NCBI RefSeq assembly: GCF_030028105.1
Contig: NC_092374.1
Coordinates: 175,050,057-175,114,056 of the forward strand
Source of the DNA: Mobula birostris
Taxonomy: Eukaryota
Length of the DNA: 64,000 nt
Reading direction: 5' to 3'
Each line of letters opens with the position of its first letter. Within the stretch, counting starts at the first letter, position 1. Position numbers and translations under genes: made by a program. This document shows positions 36,991 through 48,559 of this stretch, one piece after another. The notes beneath the pieces are model-generated. The model did not search any database. It was not told where the DNA came from and saw nothing but the letters and a program-made list of their open reading frames with translations.

Positions 36991-39340
36991 CTGGTCACGA
37001 TCGGACGACTCAGCCCGCTCCTCTGGATAGACTTCCTCCTGACTAACTGGTCATTAGAAATTGGAGGGAACATTGCAGAGCAGGTCCTGTGAGCCAAATC
37101 CCTCCCTACCATTGAGTGAATTTATCCAGGAGCAAAGATCCCTACTATTCAGTGTGAACGTTGTGGTAAGGTGAGACCGAAAGCAACATCCAGGCAAGGA
37201 CAGTCTGGGGCGGCTGTAGTTAAGTGAGACTGTCGGAGATACCTCTGCTTACTACAGGCAAGATAGGCCTGGGTGACTGAGGCAGTGTGAGCTCAGGCCA
37301 GACAAGTGAGGCATCTATAATGAGACTTTTACAGAAAGGACTTCCTAAAGCATAGTGTCCCTTTACACAACGAGGACGGACAAGATAGGTGAGACAGGCA
37401 TAATGGAAGCTTGTGAAACTAAGGGACAATTGTCTTTACTACTATTAAAATAACATCGGCTGTCAGCTTGAAGTTCGTCTGACTTTTAACACCTCCGTGA
37501 CAATTAAGGAACTCAAACATATGCAATAATTAACTTCAGTAACTGACCAGCCAACTCTGTGTACCAATAGCAGTTTCTTGCCCTGCCTTCAGAACAGTGT
37601 GGGTGAGAGGGGCCATGCTTGTGCACCAGTAAAATAAAAGGAATGTTTGAGTTGTGAGAGTGTCTGTATTCTGCGCCCAGTTATTTTTGTTATATTAATT
37701 ATTTATTTTGATATTGGCGATGACATCAGAATCAGGATATAGTTTAATATTGGGAAATTTGTTGATTCCAATTCTGATTCCGAAAGATACCCGCCATCCT
37801 GACTGCACTCTCTTCTCACTACTACCGTCGGGTAAGAGGTACAGCGGCCTTAGGCTCCTCACAGCCAGGATCAAGAAGAGTCCCTACTCTATAACCATCA
37901 GGATCCCGAAACAGCTTTGATAATTTCACCTAACATAACTCTGAGTTGGACCTGCAACTTACAGACCCATTTCCACAGACACTATGCAACTCAGGTTCTC
38001 AGTATTACCTTTTAAATTTGCACAATTTGTCTGGAGGAAGGTGAAACGGCCTCTGTAGTGTTTCATCCCTAGCAGCTGTGTGACAGAGGACCCTCTGATC
38101 TCTGTTCCCAGAGACAAACACCGTGGGCTGATGGCAGATCACCAACTTGGTGAAAGGCAAACTTTGTTTCAGGGGCGACTGAGGAGAACCCAAGGTCAGG
38201 ACACAGGCACGGAGACTGAGTTGGGATGCTTGTGCAGACGTGAACGTAGAACAGCAAACAGGAGGAATCTTGACGCGGAGCTCTGATCAGGAGTCTTGAC
38301 ACGGAGACGGGTTTTCATGGAATATCTCGAAACTGGAGCTGAACTTAGAACTAACGGTTCTAAGCGGCAGGGAAACGAAATTATCACACGGGAATAGACC
38401 AACGAACTGGCATCCAGTGGTTATGACGCCGAGATTTTTACACTGCAGTTCTTGATGGAGACCAGGTATGCTGTCATCAAGGGAATTAGCAGTAAATGGG
38501 AAATTAAGGATTGGAATCAAGGCATAATCAAAGGAAATTAGGGGCAAAATAGGGGATTAACAATCGGGACCATGGCAAACTTCGGTCACCCAAAACTTGT
38601 TGGTCTACCAGCACATCGTGATGTCCGTGGAGGAACGCTGCTGATTGGCTGATTCCAGGCTCTAGGGGTCCGTGCTGCGGGATAACCTGAAGCTCAGTGC
38701 TGCCACCTCGAGGGGTCAGTAGGGAATGACCATGGCGTAGGGTTCTTCACCAACAGGTGTAGGAGGGGTGGGTGGGGAGGTAGCCCCTGATTTTTGTAGT
38801 ATTTAATTTAAAACCCCAGAATGCGACTGAACAGGTAATTTTGTAGTTTTTAAAAATAACATTTATTTTGTTTACATTTTTTCTTTTGCACATTGGTTGT
38901 CAGTCTTGTTTATGTATAATTTTTCGCAAATTCTCTTGTACTTTAGTTTCCTGTGAATGGAAGTAAATGTATCTCGTGGCAGTGTACGATAGTGTGTTAG
39001 ATAGTACTTTGATAATGAATTTCGCTTCGTTCTACCGTATGAAATGCTGTGTTGCGTTAGTGAGCCTACTTCCATTACTCTTCCAACAGTGTGAAATACC
39101 GCGTTCATTTCTGAATGTTGTAACAATCCTCATTCAGATTTAAGTTCTCAGCTTTAGATCGAAAGAAGTCACATTGTGCTGATATCAGTTCTGTGATGTT
39201 ATAGCCACTGCTCCGGATGGCAGACCCTCAATCGGTTTGTTCCTTCAATGAACCCTCAATAGCTTGAGACACCCTAAAATCCGACTTGCCTGCGTCCTGG
39301 GGACAGAATCCGCGCCCGGATCCGTCACACGCCCGCCATC

Positions 39341-40330
39341 TGAACAGAGTCAACGCAAAATTTTATTGTTAATAACTGTATTGAATAAGGACTCAGTCAA
39401 CGAATGGTTTTCTTTTCCTGTATGTAATTATTTTTATTTTGTAATATTTCTGAATAAAGTATTTTTGGAAAAAAAATCTGTTGTGCTAAGACACCTAGTG
39501 GCCGGTTTCAGAGCTGCAGGTGGCGGGTCAGAGACTGTTTCTTTTTAGGGAAGATATGCAAATCAAATGATGATGAAATTTTGAAAGGCTGTGATATTTT
39601 AAAGCAAAAGTAAGATAAAGGATGATCCACATTTGTGTTTCTTAGCACCAGTTGAGCGTAAAACGTTGGAGCGGCGGAGGATGAGAGGTGACCTGATAGA
39701 GGTGTGTACGATGATGAGAGGCATTGATCGTGTGGATAGTCAGAGGCTTTTGCCCAGGGCTGAAATTGCTGCCACAAGAGGACACAGGAAAGACGCTCTG
39801 TGGTCGGCCCGAAACTTGATGGTCTGCCAGCTGACAGAGATGTCCGTGACTGAATGCTGCCGACTGGCACACTCTCGTCTGCAGGAGTACGTTCTGAGGG
39901 ATGCACTCAAACTGGGTGCAGCCACCGCGAAGGCCCGGTGGGGAAGGACCACAGTTTAACGTTCATCACCCGTAGGAGGGGGAGAGGTTGGGTGGGGAGG
40001 AGACCGACCCTCATCAGCGGTGTGGACAGATAATCAACATGGTGCCCAAGGAGTGGGTGCAATTGTTAATTTGGGAAAGTATTAGAGCCATTGCCTGCCT
40101 TTATTGTTGAAAATTTTGATTGTTAATAAGTTTTAACACTTGACCAAGAGTTGAGAGTAAACGCATGATTTACTGTAAACATCTTTCATTTGTAAATGAA
40201 CAGAGTCAACGCAAAATTTTATTGTTAATAACTGTATTGAATAAGGACTCACAGTCAACGAATGGTTTTCTTTTCCTGTATGTAATTATTTTTATTGTGT
40301 AATATTTCTGAATAAAGTATTTTTGGGAAA
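39341..40330 (+). mobile_element. Two Tx1 3' ends (39341-39478 and about 39785-40330), plus a CR1 3' fragment (about 39650-39785)
   Basis: 39341-39478 duplicates 40196-40330. Peptide KDALWSARNLMVCQLTEMSVTECCRLAHSRLQEYVLRD, with polyA tails. Confidence 0.85.
39490..39640 (+). promoter_or_regulatory. Truncated snRNA enhancer cassette (distal part only)
   Basis: GACACCTAGTGGCC at 39490 and ATGCAAAT at 39556-39563. Aligns to 42106-42260, then is cut off by CR1 sequence. Confidence 0.65.
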
Positions 40331-40719
40331 AAAAAAGTAGGCTGGCGTCAGCCCAGGCTCTGGGTGTTGAGGAGTCTGATGGCTTGGGGGAAGAAACTGT
40401 TACATAGTCTGCCACATACATATTGACCAGGAACATCAAGAAGGACTGTGCCGACTGGCTGATCCCGGTCTGCAGAAGCACATCTACAGCAGAGGGACGC
40501 ATTGAAGCTTGGCGCAGCCTCCGCAAGGGCCGGTTGGGGAAGGACCCCGGTGCAGAGTTCTACTCCTATGGGAGAGGGAGGGATCGGTAGGGAGAGGGAG
40601 GCCCTCAATTATTGCATTTGATTTAAAACTAGTGCCAGGTGAGTGGGTGCAGTACTATAACAGTACGTAAAACTTTGAACATGCATGTAAAATGGAAAAG
40701 CATTGTAAGCTTGTAGGCA

Positions 40720-41210
40720 CAGCTCAAATGCCATCTATAAAATTTAGTGACGACACAACCTTTGTTGGCAGTATTTCAGATGGTGACAAGAGAGCATACG
40801 GGAGTGAGATATATCAGCTAATTGAGTGGTGTCGAAGCAAGAACCAGTCCTCATAGAGGGACCAGAGGTGGAAAGAGTGAACAATTTCAAGTTCCTGGGC
40901 GTCAATATCTCTGAGGATCTGACCTGGACACAACACATCGATGCAGCTGCAAAGAAGGCAAGAGCGTCTATATTTCATTAGGCGATTGAGGACATTGGTA
41001 TGTCAACAAACCACTCGCAAGTCTCTACAGATGTACCGTGGAGAGCATTCTAACTGGCTGCATCACCGTCTGGTATGTGTGTGTGTGTGTGGGGGGGGGC
41101 GCGGTGGGCTACAGCATTAGATCGAAGTAAGGTGCAGAGAATTGTAAACAGTCAGCTCCATCGTGGGTTCTAGCCTCTGCAGTACCCAGGACATCTTCAA
41201 GGAGCGATGA
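40720..41210 (+). mobile_element. Rex1/Babar-type LINE fragment
   Basis: YKFSDDTT and EVERVNNFKFLGVNISEDLTWTQH-type sequence. Confidence 0.75.
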
Positions 41211-42014
41211 CTCAAAAAACAACTCGGCCCTCTCACGCAAAACAACAGCAGAAACATCGACCCTCCCCCCCCCGCCACTTGCACCACCAAAAGCAACGAC
41301 CCCCTCCCCCCACGATGCAATCAATAGCAAAGCCCCCAAAGAGACCTTGAGTCCGTGAAAAACTACAGTCGGTCGCAGTATTTTGGTGTCAGACAAGCTC
41401 TCTCGTACTTGAGGGAGAGCGAGGTCGTTCCTGCAACAACCAAGAGCGGGAGACCAGCAGCTCACTGTTTCAATGTTACAACCTTCCGTGTGGCTGATCC
41501 CGGTCAATCGCCCACTCCCACCCACAGATCCTCTAGAAGTGATTCTCCTCACTTCACCCCGGGACCTGATGCAGACCAGGCCCAGGACCGCGTGGAGCTC
41601 CGATCACATCCTCCTCTGCAGTCACTCACTGCTCTGCCTTCAGGAAGGCGCTTCCTACACCACTCCCACCCGCTTCAGGGTCTGAGGGTCTGATCCGTCC
41701 CTCCGGGCACCGATCTCGTACATCTGCTTCCTATCACGGTCCTTATTCAGATTTACCTTTCCAGCTTTAGACGGAACGGAGTCTAAGCGGGGTACAGTAA
41801 ATATAATTCAGTAATGTTATGGTCACTGATCTTCAATTCCTCAATCCTGAAATCAACCCTTCCCACTGACACAATAGCATATGCAAATGATCCGTTCCCT
41901 CATTGAATCCTCAATACTCCGACATACTTTAGCCCCCGGCTTTGCCCCAGCTGTCCTCCAGGAGCACCAACTAAGACTGCGTGCACATAGTGACAGCCCA
42001 AAATCCCTTGTTGA

Positions 42015-42364
42015 AGGGGACGAGGCCGAGACTGGACTGGAGCCGCGGACCTTCACCAGTCTCACGCCTGCAGCTGATGAATGAACCGCCGCGGCCGGAT
42101 ATTGTGACACCTAGTGGCCAGCCAGAGAACTGCAGGCGGGTGTCAGGCCCTTTCCTTTTTTGGTAAATATGCAAAGAAGTAACGGATGCGAAATGTTTGG
42201 AAGCTGTAGTAATTTACAAGATGCAAATTATAATCCATGCAGTACATTTGTGTGTGTGGGCTATTTCCGTTGAGGAACTGCAATGTAAGGTTTGAAATTC
42301 TAGGTCGTGTGGATGTTAAGGAGTATTGTGCATGATTGGCAGGGGGTGAGGTGGCTAAGAGATC
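42015..42364 (+). promoter_or_regulatory. snRNA-type promoter of U1 copy B
   Basis: CTCF-like GACACCTAGTGGCCA at 42106, ATGCAAAG at 42169, perfect ATGCAAAT at 42221-42228, and PSE-like GGTCGTGTGGATGTTAAGGAG at 42303-42323 (-62..-42). Confidence 0.8.
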
Positions 42365-42528
42365 ATACTTACCTGGCAGGGAACTATCGGTGATCAGTAA
42401 GGCCGAGGTTCCAGGACGAGGCTATCCCATTGCAGTGCGGGTGTGCTGACGCCTGCGATGTCCCCAAATGCGGGATACTCGACTGCAAAATTTGTGGTAG
42501 TGGGGGACTGCGTTCGCGCTCTCCCCTG
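42365..42528 (+). ncRNA. RNU1: U1 snRNA, divergent copy B
   Basis: 164 nt with the same architecture as copy A and 5 differences from it. The U1A loop reads ATTGCAGTGC. Confidence 0.96.
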
Positions 42529-43214
42529 ACCTTTTTCAACCAAAAATAGGATGTGAGTGCGGTATCTGGGGTGAGGAACGTTTCTGAGCGATAACCCACA
42601 AACTCTGATCCCCTACATGCTACCCGACCTGCTGAATTGTTCCAGCATTCCATGTGTTTCTTCCGTTCCTCATCCTACTTCACACTGCGTTCTCGGCGTA
42701 CAGGATGCAGAGAGAGGGAGTGAGAAAAGCCGCAGAGTGAGTCTTCGTTGGGTCCACAAGAGCCGGGCTGAGTCTGAGGTGCCGAAGGTCTCGACCCTGT
42801 CAGTCCGTGCCTCCATGTGACTCCATGAGCAGACTGGGTGGGTAAAGCGGTTGATTCTGGGGAGAGGGAGAGAGGCAATACAGAATGGATACACACCCTT
42901 CTGCACAGCCAATCTCAGTGGCATCACAGCTGGCCCTAATTTCCTGTGTTACGCTCGCATCCCGCCAAGCCTCACCTCTTCATGTAACTAAGAAAATGCT
43001 TCTTATAGTATGCTATTGCAACTTCCCGAACCGATTTACTAACCACCTTTTGCGTGAAAATATTTCCTCTCAGGTGTCTTTCCTCTCACACCCGAACCTA
43101 TGCCCCTTAATTTTGGACTCTCTTACCCTTAAGGTAAAGTCACCATACACCTTATCCATGCTTCACATAAGGCGCTGCACTTGTATAACGTCGCCGCTCA
43201 TTCTCGTCTGTTAC

Positions 43215-46200
43215 AAAGAATAAAGAATGGCTCAATCCGTTCCTTCGATGCGTTTAAAAATCCCGGACGCGACAGCTCACCGGCTGAGTTGTACTCGGCT
43301 CTGTGGAACTGGATGGGCCCAGACCTGCTGGAAGTGTACAACGCTATGCTTCTGGCCGGCAGTATGTCTGAGTCCATGAGGAAGGGCATCATCACCCTCA
43401 TCTACAAGCAGAAGGGGGAAAGGGAGGACATTAGGAATTGGAGACCCATCTCTCTCCTGAATGTGGACTACAAGATCCTGTCCAAGGCTATCGCCGACAG
43501 GGTCAGGTCTGCTCTGGGACAGGTGATCCACCCGGACCAAACCTGTGCTGTACCGGGCAGGAAGATCTCAGACAGCCTCGCGCTGCTGAGGGACACCATC
43601 GCCTACGTGCAGGACAGGGGGGTGGACGCCTGCCTGGTCAGCTTGGACCAGGAGAAAGCCTTCGACAGGATATAGCACACGTACATGGCGGACGTGCTCT
43701 CCAAAATGGGATTTGGGGAGAGAGTCCGGAATTGGATCAGACTGCTCTACACAGACATCCGTAGTGCAGTCCAGGTCAACGGGTGGGAAACAGACAGCTT
43801 CCCCATCAGGTCTGGAGTCAGGTAGGGCTGTCCCCTCTCCCCTGTCTTGTTTGTCTGCTGTATAGAGCCCTTTGCCGAGGCCATCAGGAGGGATGACGAT
43901 AAGAGATAAGACGGGTGACGCTGCCAGGCAGTGGAGGGACCCAAGTGAAAACCTCCCTGTACATGGACGACGTCACCGTCTTCTGCTCTAATCCGAGGTC
44001 AGTTCGCAGGTTGATTGGCATCTGCGAACAGTTCGAGCTAGCGACGGGGGCCAGGCTCAACCGCACGAAGAGTGAAGCCATGCTCTTCGGCAACTGGCCA
44101 GACCGTTCCAGCGTCCCCTTCACCATCAGGTCTGACCACATGAAGGTGTTGGGGATCTGGTTCGGAGGGGCCGAGGCGTGCAACAAGAACTGGCGGGAGC
44201 GGACTGCCAAGGTGAAACAGAAACTGGGACTGTGGGGAGGGCGCTCCCTGTCGATAACGGGCAAGAACCTGGTCATCAGGTGTGAGGTGCTCTCAGGGCT
44301 GCTGTACCTGGCGCAGGTCTGGCCCGTCCCCCGCTCCTACAGCTCGGAAATCACCCGGGCTGTCTTCGGATTCGTCTCGGGATCCAAGATGGAGCGGGTG
44401 AGACGGACCGCCATGCACAAGTCCCTAGACAATGGGGGCAAGAACGTCCCCAATGTCGCCCTCACCCTGATGGCCAGCTTCGTGTGTGGCTATGCTTTTA
44501 GCTGCCAGCCCGAAGGACTCTCCCACGAGGAAAGGCACCATTACCCCTCATCTACAGACAGAAAGGGGAAAGGGATGACATCAATCATTGTGACCCAATT
44601 TCGTTCCTGAATGTGGACTCGAAGATCCTGTGCAGGACCATCGCCAACAGAGTCAAGCCTGTTCTGGGAAAGGTGATGCTCCTGGAACAAACCTGTGCTG
44701 TACCTGGCCGGAAAATCTTTGGCAGCCTCGCGCTGCTGGGGGACACCGTCACCTACGTGCAAGGCAGCGGGGTGGACGCCTGTCTGATCAGCTTGGGCCA
44801 GCAGAAAGCCTTCGACAGGATGTCACACACTTACACCAATAGGCTGGTCCTGGACTTATTTCCTGGCATAATTTACATATTACTATTTAACTATTTATGG
44901 TTTTATTACTATTTATTATTAATGGTGCAACTGTAACGAAAACCAATTTCCCCCGAGGTCAATAAAGTATGACTAAGACGTGATGGACGCACACTCCAAA
45001 ATGGGATCTGGGGAGGAAATCAGGAACTGGATCCAATTGCTCAACACAGACATCTGTAGCCCGGCCCAAAGCAATGGGCGGGGAATAAATAGCTTCTCCA
45101 TCAAGTATGGAGTCAGGCAGGGTTGCCCAATCCCCGTCTTGTCTGTGTGCTGTATAGAACGTTTCGCCGAGGCTGTCACGGAGGACGAGAGCGTAGGAGG
45201 GGTGACGCTGCCGATCAGTGGAAGGACTCAAGTGAAATCCTCCCTCTACATGGACCGCTTAATCATTTTCTGTTCAGATCCGGCCAGTTCCCAGATTGAT
45301 CAACATCTGCGCCCAGTATGAGTTGGCATCAGGGGCCAGGGTTAACCGCATGATCTTCGTCTAATGACCTGACCGATCCAGTGTCCCCATTCACCAGCAG
45401 CTCCGATTACCTGAAGGTGCTTGATATGGTTTTCGCAGTGGCCGAGGCGTGCAACAAGAATTGGCTGGAGTGCACTGGGCAGGTAAAACCGAAATTTGGA
45501 CTGTGGGGAGGGCGCTCTCTATCCATAACCGGGAAGAACCTATTCCTCGGGTGTGAGGTGCTCTCAGAGCTGCTGTGCTTGGCGCAGGTGTGTCCCATTC
45601 CCCAATCCTCCAGCTTGGGAAAGACACGAACTGTCTTCAGTTTCATCCAGTGATTCAAGATGGGATGGACAGGCGGGCCGCAATGCATATCCCTGGACAA
45701 TGAGGGCAAAAATTACCCGATGTTGCCCACACTTCGATGTGTGTGATGGCCTCAGGCTGTGCGTGGAACTTGAATACACGGGCACTAAGTGTCACGGCCT
45801 GCCGAGTCTCTACCAGTCACCGGTTTTGCCAAGGATGATGGTTTTGGTCCCGTTGTCGCGCAACATCCCAGTCAGCTGGACGATGATGCACTACCTGTCC
45901 TACGCTGAAATTTTCTTCCAGACCAATACACTTTGACCAGAAGGCCATCATACAATGGTCAGCACGGAACGTCCTGCCGAAACTGCAGGACAACTACATG
46001 GACACTGTAGGGCAGGGTTTTCCCGAAGAGACTGTCTGGCGGAATGACTCATCGCCAGGCCTCACCAACAGGCACCAGGACCTCGCCTGGCTGCCGATGA
46101 GAGCTCCTCACCCCCCAAATGAAATCCTTCTTGCATACCCGGCGCATCATTCCCACAACCGGCAGCCCGCGGGATGGCTAGCTCACCTCGTTGTGGACGG

Positions 46201-46310
46201 TGGGTCTGCGAAGAATGCGTGGAGAAAGATGAAAGAGCCTGTAGCGCGTTTCCTCCCGAAAAGGGCGTGTCGCGTGTCCTCCCGAGAAGTTCTCGCAGAC
46301 TGAAGAGAGG
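43215..46310 (+). mobile_element. Three successive Tx1 ORF2 (RT) fragments: about 43215-44490, 44510-44830 and 44975-46310
   Basis: RNWRPISLLNVDYKIL, SLDQEKAFDR, GVR.GCPLSP and LYMDDV. Stops and frameshifts are present, and the later copies are more decayed. Confidence 0.9.
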
Positions 46311-47189
46311 CAACCGTATAAAATGAATGAAATCAGCTGTAAAATGCTGCCAACTGTGGGAAAATACTACCACACACTGAGTTGCATTAAGGCCCTTTGT
46401 CCATCACATCAAGGACACTCGATGAAGGTAGAAGGTTCAATCCCTGCAGTCTTCCGGCTCTGCCTCACCCAGTTTCCTTCACACCACCCCTGGGATACAA
46501 CATAAGAGAGCTCACTTAAACTTACGGCTGACAGGAACAGTCATCAGCTGTAGCTGTAGGCATACGTGGTTTCTGGTGACCACATCTACAGCAAGTGTTG
46601 GTTTCTCGAGGCCCAATGTCAATGACCTGGAATCTAAGCTGCAAACACTCTTGACACTTCAGAGAGGAGGAGAGTTACCCGTACACTGTGTCTCTGGAGC
46701 CAGTTACACCCATTTTATTAACTTTCTCAAATCTATTTAATCCAAAGATTAAATTAACTTTCTCAAATGCAGTTTATGGTCGGGGACAAGAGGGCATGAC
46801 TGTGAGTGAGGCAGGTAGGGGATGGAAGACGTAGTGCTGGAGGAGCCTCGGCCCTCCATTGAGGTTATCAATTCATTGTTTCCCCTACTTATCTCTCCAG
46901 GCAGATGTTCAATTATTTTTTGAAAGAAAATGTTACCTTGTATCTGTACTGGTTCAATTTCCAGTAACCTGACTGTGTCATGTTACAGCAGGAAATACTC
47001 AGCAGGTCAGACAGCATCAGACAGGAATAAGACAGTTAATGTTTCAGTTCCAGTGATGAAGTCATACCTCTAAATATCGCTGATGTTTTCTGCAGATTTG
47101 TGTGTTTTGATTTCCAAGATTGACCTCTGGAAACTGACTCCATTGCTGCTGGAAACCCTTTCTCCTTAGTTACCTTGTCAAGCATACTT

Positions 47190-48320
47190 TATACTTTAGT
47201 GTCGCCAAACAATTGATACTAGAGTGTACAATCATCACAGTGATATTTGTTTCTGCACTTTGCGCTCCCTTGAGTACAAATCCATAGTAAGTATTAAAAA
47301 TTTAAATTGTAAATCATAGATAGAAAATAGAAAAGGTAAAGTAAGGTAGTGCAAAAAAAAAATGAGAGAGAGATCTGGACATTAGAGGGTATGGCCCAGA
47401 TCCGGGTCGGGATCCGTTCAGCAGTCTTATCACAATTGGAAAGAAGCTGTTCCCAAATCTGGCCATACGAGTCTTCAAACTCCTGAACCTTCTCCTGCAG
47501 GGAAGAGGGATGAAAAGTGTGTTGGCTGGGTGGGTCGTGTCCTTGATTATCCTGGCAGCACTGCTCTGACAGCGTGTGGTGTAAAATGAGTCTAAGGACG
47601 GAAGATTGGTTTGTGTGATGTGCTGCGCTGTGTTCATGATCTTCTGCAGCTTCTTCCAGTCTTGGACAGGACAAATTCCATGCCAGGTTGTGATGCACCT
47701 GAGAAGAATGCTTTCTACAGTGCATCTATAAAAATTAGTGAGGGTTTTAGGGGACAGGCCAAATTTCTTTAGTTTTCTCAGGAAGTAAAGGCACCAGTGG
47801 GCCTTCTTGGCAGTGGACTCTGTTTGGTTGGACCAAGTCAGGTCATTTGTGATATTGACCCTGAGGAACTTAAAGCTTTTGACCTGTTCCACTTGCGCAC
47901 CACTGATGTAAGTTGGGTCGTGCGGTCCGCTACTCCTTCTGAAGTCAACAACCAATTCCTTCGTCTTGCTGACATTGAGGGATAGGTTATTGCCTTCACA
48001 CCATGCCACCGGGTTCTTAATTTCCTCTTTGTACTCATTATTACCCGAGATACGGCCTACAGCTGTGGTGTCATCAGCAAACTTATATATTGAGTTTGAT
48101 GGAAACTTGGCTACACAATCATGGGTGTACAGTGAGTACAGCAGGGGGCTGAGTACACAGCCTTGTGGGGCACCGATGCTCAGGGTGATCGTAGAGGAGA
48201 GCTTGTCCCCTATTTTTACAGCCTGGGTCCTGTCTGTGAGGAAGCTGAAGATCCAGCTGCAGATCTGAGTGCTAAGGCCCAGGTTCCGGAGCTCATGATT
48301 CAATATCTTCAACAAAGCTC
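47190..48320 (-). mobile_element. 5'-truncated Rex1/Babar-type LINE with an open 333-aa RT C-terminal frame
   Basis: [38 protein letters not shown] and RRFRSLKTR. The 3' tail is a taaag-like repeat. Confidence 0.9.
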
Positions 48321-48559
48321 TTCATCTCTTCATCTCTTTCTAAACAGCTTCTTCTTACTTCCCTGGGACTATGACAGTAAATTCACACTGATTTCAAGGT
48401 TCAACGTAAAATTTATTATCGGAGTGCATGCATGTCACCACATACAACCCTACGATTCTTTTCCTGCAGGTATACTTAGCAAATCTATAGAACAGTAACT
48501 GTAAACAGGATCAATGAACAACAAACTGTGCAAATGCAGATGTAAATAAATAGCAATAA

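Noticed and set aside
38078-39329. Further LTR candidates (TGTGAC at 38078; TGTGATG..GTCACA at 39192-39329)
   Set aside because: No matching terminus or TSD could be confirmed.
24146-42528. Site-specific retroelement insertion within U1 (Keno-like)
   Set aside because: Both U1 copies are full length and uninterrupted, and no split U1 halves were found.
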